This document shows positions 55,722-64,000 of a DNA stretch of 64,000 bases, piece after piece. Position numbers and translations under genes: made by a program. Below the pieces are notes generated by a model that saw nothing but the letters and a program-made list of their open reading frames with translations, was not told the origin of the DNA and ran no database searches. Every line of letters starts with the position of its first letter. Position 1 is the first letter of the stretch. The stretch comes from an uncultured Planctomycetia bacterium. Lineage in GTDB: Bacteria > Omnitrophota > Gorgyraeia > 2-02-FULL-51-18. The stretch is from NCBI GenBank assembly GCA_964431835.1, contig CAYSKO010000010.1:267-64266 (forward strand). The letters run 5' to 3'.

Positions 55722-56639
55722 TTACTTTAGTATTTTCAATGACTTGCGAATATCTTTGCGTATTTGATTAGCAAGTTCTAAGGCGTTTTCGAACCGGTGC
55801 AGCTCCCGGATGTAACCCGCAAAAACGATCTCGACGTTCCGGCTGTACAGATTTCCGCGAAATCCGGGGAAATGCGCCTCGACGCTCGGCTCGCGGTCGC
55901 CGAAGGTCGGACGTTCGCCCACGTGCAGCACTCCTTTGAGCTTCCTTTCACCCACGAGGCCCCAAACAGCGTAAACACCGGCCGGCGGCAACGCTTCGTG
56001 GTGCGGGTTCACGTTGGCCGTCGGAAACCCCACGCGGCGCCCACGACCGCGGCCGTGGACCACATTGCCGTAGAGCGATACCGGCCGGCCCAAAAGCCGC
56101 GCGGCCTCCCGCAACTCCCCTTTTTCGATCAGCTTCCGGATACGAGTGCTCGAAACGCGTTTCCCGCCCGCTTCAAGCGGTGCCACGAGAGAAAGATCGA
56201 ACCCGAGTCCGTCCGCGCGGGCGGCGAGATACCGTACGTCGCCCGCCCCTTTTTTACCGAACCTGAAATCCGGCCCGACCGAAAGCGAGCGCATGCCCAG
56301 CCGCGCGACAAGCGTCTTCTCGAGAAAGCGTTCGCGGGTCGCCCCGGCGAAGCGGCGATTGAAACGAACCACGAGCGCCTCGTCGAGCCCAAGCGCCTCG
56401 AAAAAACGAAGGCGGTGAGGGAGAGACAGAATCGCGGCGTCCTTTTTCCCTCCAAGCACACGGCTTGGATGCGGATCGAACGTGACGACCGTCGAGCGCA
56501 AGCCCCGGCGGCGCGCACGGCGAACGGCGTCTTCGAGGATTCGCTTATGCCCCCGGTGCACGCCATCGAACACGCCGATCGCCACCGACCGCCTGGCGCG
56601 CTTAAGCGTCGGGTCCGAAAAACCGCGGAATATCTTCAC
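55722..56639 (-). CDS. ribF: Bifunctional riboflavin kinase / FAD synthetase
   Basis: GVFDGVHRGH, FDPHP, VSSTRIR, GFPTAN, RPTF, VEAH; start reset to GTG at 56639. Confidence 0.96.
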   Translation of the reverse strand: MKIFRGFSDPTLKRARRSVAIGVFDGVHRGHKRILEDAVRRARRRGLRSTVVTFDPHPSRVLGGKKDAAILSLPHRLRFFEALGLDEALVVRFNRRFAGATRERFLEKTLVARLGMRSLSVGPDFRFGKKGAGDVRYLAARADGLGFDLSLVAPLEAGGKRVSSTRIRKLIEKGELREAARLLGRPVSLYGNVVHGRGRGRRVGFPTANVNPHHEALPPAGVYAVWGLVGERKLKGVLHVGERPTFGDREPSVEAHFPGFRGNLYSRNVEIVFAGYIRELHRFENALELANQIRKDIRKSLKILK

Positions 56640-57307
56640 CGGACGAGCGCAGCCTCGAAGCGTTCCGAGGAGTATTCCCTCACACGCGTCTCGTCGAGCG
56701 CCCGCTCGAGCGAGTAAGGGCCGATCCGCGTACGCACGAGCGCCGAGAGCGTCGCGCCGCAGCCGAGGCGGCGGCCCACCTCTTCGGCGAGGGACCGGAC
56801 GTACGTCCCTTTCGAACAGCTGAGAAAAAAACGGGCTTCCGGCTTTTCGTAGCCCAAAAGATCGAACCGCGAAACGACAACCGCGCGCGGTTGGGGCGCT
56901 ACGGTTATTCCGCGCCGCGCCATGTCGCACAGCTTTCGCCCGCCGATCTTGATTGCCGAATAACTCGGCGGGATCTGCTCGATGGGGCCCGTGAGCGCTG
57001 CGAACGCTCCCCGCAGGTCGGTCTCGCCCGCTTCGACTTCGGACGTCGAGAGCACGCGCCCTTCCATGTCGAGGGTGTCGGTCGTCATTCCTAGGCGAAT
57101 CGAACCGCCGTAGTCCTTGTCGAGGCCCATGAGTTCGTTCGAACGCTTGGTCGCCTTCCCTAAAAGGAGGACAAGGAGCCCCGTGGCGAGCGGGTCCAGC
57201 GTGCCGGCGTGCCCGATGGCTTTCTGCGAGAGGCGGCGGCGTAGAAAATCGACCGCATCGTGGCTCGTCCAGCCGATTGGCTTATTGAAAAGAAGGATTC
57301 CGTCCAG
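56636..57307 (-). CDS. truB: tRNA pseudouridine(55) synthase; apparent CTG start
   Basis: Frame extends upstream of the called ATG through DGILLFNKPIGWTSHD...GHAGTLDPLATG; also YSAIK and CSKGTYVRSL. Confidence 0.93.
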   Translation of the reverse strand: MDGILLFNKPIGWTSHDAVDFLRRRLSQKAIGHAGTLDPLATGLLVLLLGKATKRSNELMGLDKDYGGSIRLGMTTDTLDMEGRVLSTSEVEAGETDLRGAFAALTGPIEQIPPSYSAIKIGGRKLCDMARRGITVAPQPRAVVVSRFDLLGYEKPEARFFLSCSKGTYVRSLAEEVGRRLGCGATLSALVRTRIGPYSLERALDETRVREYSSERFEAALVR

Positions 57308-57309
57308 GA

Positions 57310-57663
57310 TTACTCTTCTTCCGGCTTCTTGATCTTCTTCAGGATGTCGTCGATGCGAAAAGCGTCGTCGATCGACTTATCAAGCTCGAAACGGATTTCG
57401 GCCGCGTATTTCATGTTGATCCGCTGGACGGCGAGGCGGCGGATGAAACCCGCGTTCTCGGCGAGAGCTTCTTCGGTTAGCTCCTTCTGTTCCGCGCTCC
57501 CGAGCACGCTGTAGAAGACGCGCGCGAAGCGGAGGTCGTCGGTCATTTCGATGCGCGTGATCGTCACGAAACCCATACGCGGATCGCTCGACATGTCCTC
57601 GATGAGGATGAGGCTCATGATTTTCCGGAGTTCTTCGGCGACTTGACTCGAGCGCTGAGACAT
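57310..57663 (-). CDS. rbfA: Ribosome-binding factor A
   Basis: DPRMGFVTITRIEMTDDLRFARVFYS, EIRFELDKS. Confidence 0.95.
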   Translation of the reverse strand: MSQRSSQVAEELRKIMSLILIEDMSSDPRMGFVTITRIEMTDDLRFARVFYSVLGSAEQKELTEEALAENAGFIRRLAVQRINMKYAAEIRFELDKSIDDAFRIDDILKKIKKPEEE

Positions 57664-57674
57664 TTTCGGTTCCT

Positions 57675-58574
57675 TTATCCTCTCGGATGGAATTTCTGAT
57701 GGATTCCCTTGAGCCTCGCCTTCTCGACGTGCGTGTAGATTTGCGTCGTCGAGATATCCGAGTGCCCGAGGAGCTCCTGCACGACGCGCAGGTCCGCGCC
57801 GCCCTCCAAAAGATGCGTCGCGAACGTATGCCGCAGGATGTGCGGGTAAATCTTCTTACGGATCCCCGCGCTCTTGGCGTGCTGCTTGAGCACGGTCCAC
57901 ACGGTCTGCCGGGTGATCCCCTTCTTGAGACGCGAGACGAAAAGCCGCTCCTCCGAGCGGCCGGCCAGGAACTTCTCTCGTGCGGCCAGGTACGCGGCCA
58001 AGCACTTGCGGGCCACCGAACCGACGGGAACGATCCTTTCCTTCTCGCCCTTGCCCCGGACGCGAAGCATGCCCTCGGGCAGGTTGAGCTGAGACACGCG
58101 GAGCGCGGCGGCCTCGCTCGCCCGCACACCCGACGCGTACAAAAGCTCGAGAAGCGCGCGGTCCCGGTGCCCGGTGAACGCTTTCTTCGGACCGCCTTCG
58201 GCCGTCGGCGCGGCCAAGAGAGCCTCGACTTCGGACGCCGACAGCGCCTCGGGGAGATGCTTCCAAAGCTTCGGAGCCTCGATCGCGTCGGTGATATCTT
58301 CGGCGATCTTGCCCTCGTCCACGAGGTACCGGTGAAACATGCGGATCGCCACCAAGGCCCGCGCGACCGACCGCGGGTTCAGCCCCCGTTCCCGCTCGGC
58401 GATGAGGTGATCCATCACGTGGCGGCGCGTCACGTCCTTCGGCGACGCCGCTTTTGCCTTTTCGAGGTGGGCCGCGTAGAGCCCAAGGTCGCGCGCGTAC
58501 GAAAGCCGGGTGTTCTTGGAAAGTCCCCGCTCGATCGTCAGGTGATCGAGAAAAGCCTCGATCGGCTCGCGCAT
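57675..58574 (-). CDS. xerD: Site-specific tyrosine recombinase XerD
   Basis: ERGLSKNT, RDRALLELLYASGVRASE, GKGEKER, PHILRHTFATHLL, LGHSDISTTQIY. Confidence 0.93.
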   Translation of the reverse strand: MREPIEAFLDHLTIERGLSKNTRLSYARDLGLYAAHLEKAKAASPKDVTRRHVMDHLIAERERGLNPRSVARALVAIRMFHRYLVDEGKIAEDITDAIEAPKLWKHLPEALSASEVEALLAAPTAEGGPKKAFTGHRDRALLELLYASGVRASEAAALRVSQLNLPEGMLRVRGKGEKERIVPVGSVARKCLAAYLAAREKFLAGRSEERLFVSRLKKGITRQTVWTVLKQHAKSAGIRKKIYPHILRHTFATHLLEGGADLRVVQELLGHSDISTTQIYTHVEKARLKGIHQKFHPRG

Positions 58575-58582
58575 CGGCGAGG

Positions 58583-59089
58583 TCAGGCGCCCAGGTCGAC
58601 TTTGTCCGGGACGACCGACGCCTTCACCTTGTCGTAATAGAAGTCATTCTGAATAAGGCGCTTCAGCTTCTCGAGCTCGTTGCGGACGCCGGGCTCCTCG
58701 GATTCGGAGTATCCGCCGGCCTCGATACGAAGGACGATCTTCTTCATTGCCGCGAGGTCGTCGTCCATCTCGACGGCCTTCTCCGGAACGAGCAGCCGGT
58801 GCAGGGAATCCAGGTGGTTGTAGGCTTCCTGCGCGCAGCGCTCGACCTTCTTCCGGTTTCCGCCGAACGCGTTCAAGAGCTCGTCATGCCAAGTCTTCCA
58901 GAGCGTGTAATGGGTGCGGTAGTAATAGTCGTTCGAGAATTTCTTCTGATACGGGCCCTCCTCGATCGCCATGACGGCGCTGACGTGCTTGGGCACTTTC
59001 TTCTTACGCGTGAACTTCTTTTGGACGGAAGCGCAGCCGGCCGTGAGGAGGACCGTGGAGGCCAGGACGATCGCAATCGCTCGTTTCAT
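58583..59089 (-). CDS. Hypothetical lipoprotein
   Basis: Start at ATG 59089 with GGAG SD; lipobox LTAG-C; helical mature region; TAGAAT -10 candidate at 59124-59129. Confidence 0.8.
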   Translation of the reverse strand: MKRAIAIVLASTVLLTAGCASVQKKFTRKKKVPKHVSAVMAIEEGPYQKKFSNDYYYRTHYTLWKTWHDELLNAFGGNRKKVERCAQEAYNHLDSLHRLLVPEKAVEMDDDLAAMKKIVLRIEAGGYSESEEPGVRNELEKLKRLIQNDFYYDKVKASVVPDKVDLGA

Positions 59090-59140
59090 TCTTTCTCCAT
59101 GAAGGTTGGTTTCGACTGGTTCCATTCTAGCGTTTCCTCT

Positions 59141-61475
<2,335 letters not shown>

Positions 61476-61479
<4 letters not shown>

Positions 61480-62807
61480 TTCTTTTTCCCTTGAGGCAGG
61501 TGCGCGATGAGACGCGCGATCTCGTCGCGGAGCTTGGCGCTGTCGTGGCGTACGAGCTCCGTCTCGTTGCCGACGTCCGCGAGGATGAGCTTGGCGTGCG
61601 TCACCCGGCGCAGGCGAGCCGGGGCGGGCGGCGCGACGGGCTTCTGGTCCTTGCGCGCGTATTCCTCGATCGCTTCCTCGGAGAGGCACGTGTTCGAAAC
61701 GATCACCGAGTCGAGGCAGTCCTTGCCGAGATAACGCACGATCTCCCGCGCGTGGTCGGCGGCGTCGTAGCCCCACGTCTCGCCGGGTTTCGTCATGAGA
61801 TTGCATACGTAAACTTTCTTCGCGCGCGAGCGCACCACCGCTTCGCGGATGTCGGCGACGACGAGATTCGTGGCGACGCTCGTGAAAAGATCGCCCGGGC
61901 CGATCACGATGAGGTCCGCGTGCACGAGGGAGGAAAACGCCTCGGCGTCGCATTCGGGGGGAGGATCGTGCCAGAGGCGCTTCACGCGCGCCTGGGGCGG
62001 ACGGCCCACGCAGCGGTCGATCTTGCTCTCCCCTTTCACCACCGCACCGTTCGAAAAACGCGCCACGAGCGAGGTGAGCGTACGTGTCGCCGGGAGCACG
62101 ATTCCCTGGATGTTCAAGATGTCCGAGAGCGCTTTCACGGCCTCTGACATCGATCCTTTCACCTCCGCGAGCACCGTGAGGAAGATGTTTCCGAAGCTGT
62201 GTCCATGGAGATCGCCGCGCTTCTCGAAGCGGTGCTGGATGATCTGGTTCATGACGTCCGGCGCGTTCGAAAGCGCGACGAGGCTGCGGCGGATGTCGCC
62301 AGGAGGCAGGATGCCGAACATCTGAGAAAGCTTGCCCGAGGAGCCGCCGTCGTCCGACATGTTCACGATCGAGATGACGAGCGCGTTCGGAAGCGTCTTG
62401 ATACCGAGAAGGAGCGTAAAAAGACCCGTGCCGCCGCCGATGCACGCCACGCGCTTCTTTTTTTGGACGACCGCGTTGAAGCGCATGATGAACTCGCGCT
62501 GATTGAACGGCCGGAGAACGGTGTCGGAAGCGCCGAGCGCGGCGGAGCGAAGGATTGCCTCGCGGTCTTTCTGGGCGGAAACGGCGATAAACGGGACGCC
62601 GGCTCGCTTCAGGCGTCTCATGATACGCTCCTTGCGCGCGGCGTCCATGAAGGGGTCGTTGTCAATGACGGCCGCCGCGGGACGTGTGCGGAGCGCCCGC
62701 TCGAGCGCGGCCTCGTCCGGCACGGCGTGCACCCGCAACGGCATGCGCGCGAGAATTGTCGCTATTTCAGCGTGAAGGGCGGGATCGCCGACGGCTAGAA
62801 TGTTCAA
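61476..62807 (-). CDS. YvcK/GlmR (UPF0052) family protein with N-terminal atypical receiver domain
   Basis: C-terminal GGGTGL, DDGGSSG, PPGDIR, GHSFGN, GES, GPGDLFTS, NLMTKPGET, RHD; N-terminal ~115 aa has CheY-like pattern. Confidence 0.9.
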
Positions 62808-63220
62808 ACGCCGAGCTCCGGGGCGACTAATTCGAAGAAAGCGCGGTCCTTGGCGTGTGTGAGGAGGCGTGACACCTCGCCGACCGGCACCCAGCGCGCT
62901 TCGGGGTTGTCGGGATCGATGGGCTTAAGCTCCATCTGGGCCGTCTTAAAAAGAAACATTTCAATGATCTTGAGCTCGGCCGGGTCGTCGCCACCGCCCT
63001 TGGCGATACGCGGACGCTCGTAGCGTCCGAGCTCCCGCACGAGCGTGAGGTCGTTCACACCCGATTCCTCGAGAATCTCGCGGCGCGCGGCCTCAAGGAC
63101 GCTTTCGCCCGGATCGACATGGCCTTTAGGCAGGGACCACGAATCACGGTTCTGGTTCACGACGAGCACCTCGCCGCGGCGGTTCAGCACCACGCCGCCG
63201 GCGCTTAAGGATTTCTTCAT
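62804..63220 (-). CDS. Nudix hydrolase
   Basis: SAGGVV, WSLPKG, Nudix box GHVDPGESVLEAARREILEESGV. Confidence 0.93.
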   Translation of the reverse strand: MKKSLSAGGVVLNRRGEVLVVNQNRDSWSLPKGHVDPGESVLEAARREILEESGVNDLTLVRELGRYERPRIAKGGGDDPAELKIIEMFLFKTAQMELKPIDPDNPEARWVPVGEVSRLLTHAKDRAFFELVAPELGV

Positions 63221-63235
63221 AGGACCATTCTATCA
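63221..63235 (-). promoter_or_regulatory. Extended -10 promoter abutting the Nudix start (probable leaderless)
   Basis: TGA-TAGAAT-GGTCCT-ATG; no SD. Confidence 0.6.
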
Positions 63236-63239
63236 GGCG

Positions 63240-63761
63240 TCACTCGATTTCGTCGATAGCGTGCGCATAGGCTGCGAACGTCTCGTCGTCGAAGCACGCG
63301 ACGATCACGCGCTCAATCGGTGCGCCCCGCTCGAGGTGGCGGCGAATTTCGGCGACGGCGATGCGGGCGGCACGGTCGAGCGGAAAGCCGTAGGCTCCCG
63401 TGGCGATGGAGGGAAAGGCGATGCTGCGGACGAAGCATTTCTCCGCAAGCGTAAGGCAGCTCCTGTAGCACCGCGCGAGCGCGGCGTCTTCGTCGTCGGC
63501 GCCGCCCTTCCAGCGCGGACCCACTGTGTGGATCACCCAGGGAGCAAGCAGCCGGTAACCGGCGGTGATTTTGGCGTCACCCTTCGGGCAGCCGTCGAGC
63601 TTTTTACATTCCTCGAGGAGATCCGGACCCGCGGCGCGATGAATCGCGCCGTCCACACCCCCTCCGCCGAGAAGCGACGAGTTGGCGGCGTTCACGACGG
63701 CGTCGACGCGCAGCTTCGTGATGTCTTCACGGAGGATCGTGAGCTTATCGGTCCAGGCCAT
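63240..63761 (-). CDS. Macrodomain protein (O-acetyl-ADP-ribose deacetylase, YmdB/MacroD-type)
   Basis: DIT, VNAANSSLLGGGGVDGAIH, IHTVGP, FPSIATGAYGFP; start reset to ATG at 63761. Confidence 0.95.
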   Translation of the reverse strand: MAWTDKLTILREDITKLRVDAVVNAANSSLLGGGGVDGAIHRAAGPDLLEECKKLDGCPKGDAKITAGYRLLAPWVIHTVGPRWKGGADDEDAALARCYRSCLTLAEKCFVRSIAFPSIATGAYGFPLDRAARIAVAEIRRHLERGAPIERVIVACFDDETFAAYAHAIDEIE

Positions 63762-63770
63762 GACGCCCTC

Positions 63771-63805
63771 GAAAATGAAAATGCCGGGCTCGGGGGCCCG
63801 GCATT
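63771..63805 (-). terminator. Intrinsic terminator after tRNA-Pro(CGG)
   Basis: 10-bp stem AATGCCGGGC/GCCCGGCATT, 6-nt loop, followed by TTTCATTTTC on the minus strand. Confidence 0.8.
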
Positions 63806-63816
63806 CGCAGACAAAA

Positions 63817-63894
63817 TGGTCGGGATGGTGGGATTTGAACCCACGGCCTCTTGGTCCCGAACCAAGCGCGCTAGCCAAGCTGCGCTACATCCCG
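63817..63894 (-). tRNA. tRNA-Pro (anticodon CGG)
   Basis: CGGGATG/CATCCCG acceptor, CTTGG-TTCGGGA-CCAAG anticodon arm, TTCAAAT T-loop, encoded CCA. Confidence 0.97.
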
Positions 63895-63919
63895 ATTCAA
63901 ACGATTCAATTGAAGGGCT

Positions 63920-63948
63920 ATTATAGACGAGAAGAAGGCTTCTGTAAA
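63920..63948 (-). promoter_or_regulatory. sigma70-type promoter of tRNA-Pro(CGG)
   Basis: TTTACA-N17-TATAAT. Confidence 0.8.
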
Positions 63949-64000
63949 TCTCCGACACGAGAAGAACTTTCGCCCGATTCGGCTAGGGCTTTGTAAACGA

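Noticed and set aside
57675-58574. Tyrosine recombinase as a possible integrase of a mobile element
   Set aside because: Sequence is typical chromosomal XerD in housekeeping context; no att repeats or cargo.

Overview
GC-rich bacterial chromosomal segment made almost entirely of housekeeping genes on the minus strand; cinA is the only credible plus-strand gene. Gene content and protein style suggest a Candidatus Omnitrophota/PVC-like organism (inference, not checked). In transcription order from the right end: tRNA-Pro(CGG), macrodomain, Nudix, REC-YvcK fusion, acyP, ligA, lipoprotein, xerD, rbfA, truB, ribF, rpsO, pnp, dut, ftsK, rodZ-like, rimO, pgsA, pgpA, an OmpR-family two-component system plus three related secreted proteins, inverted cinA, recA, recX, alaS, hisDBHAFI, trpEGDCFBA, manC-like, yqgF, M16 peptidase, rpe, PGM/PMM, lepA, lepB, pgsA-like, plsY, HD-GYP plus orphan, gpsA, two orphans, tRNA-Pro(GGG), hom, thrC, apgM-like, lysC, cimA, valS, nadC, uvrB, birA, coaX, CIRCE-groES-groEL(start). 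No CRISPR, IS or prophage was seen. The most notable items are: (1) a two-component-linked trio of signal-peptide/low-complexity-linker/small beta-barrel proteins with an 11-bp-periodic operator; (2) a receiver domain fused to YvcK/GlmR and coupled to Nudix and acylphosphatase; (3) an ApgM-like 'proposed homoserine kinase' that has lost its catalytic motifs; (4) truB apparently starting at CTG; (5) several leaderless-type promoters.
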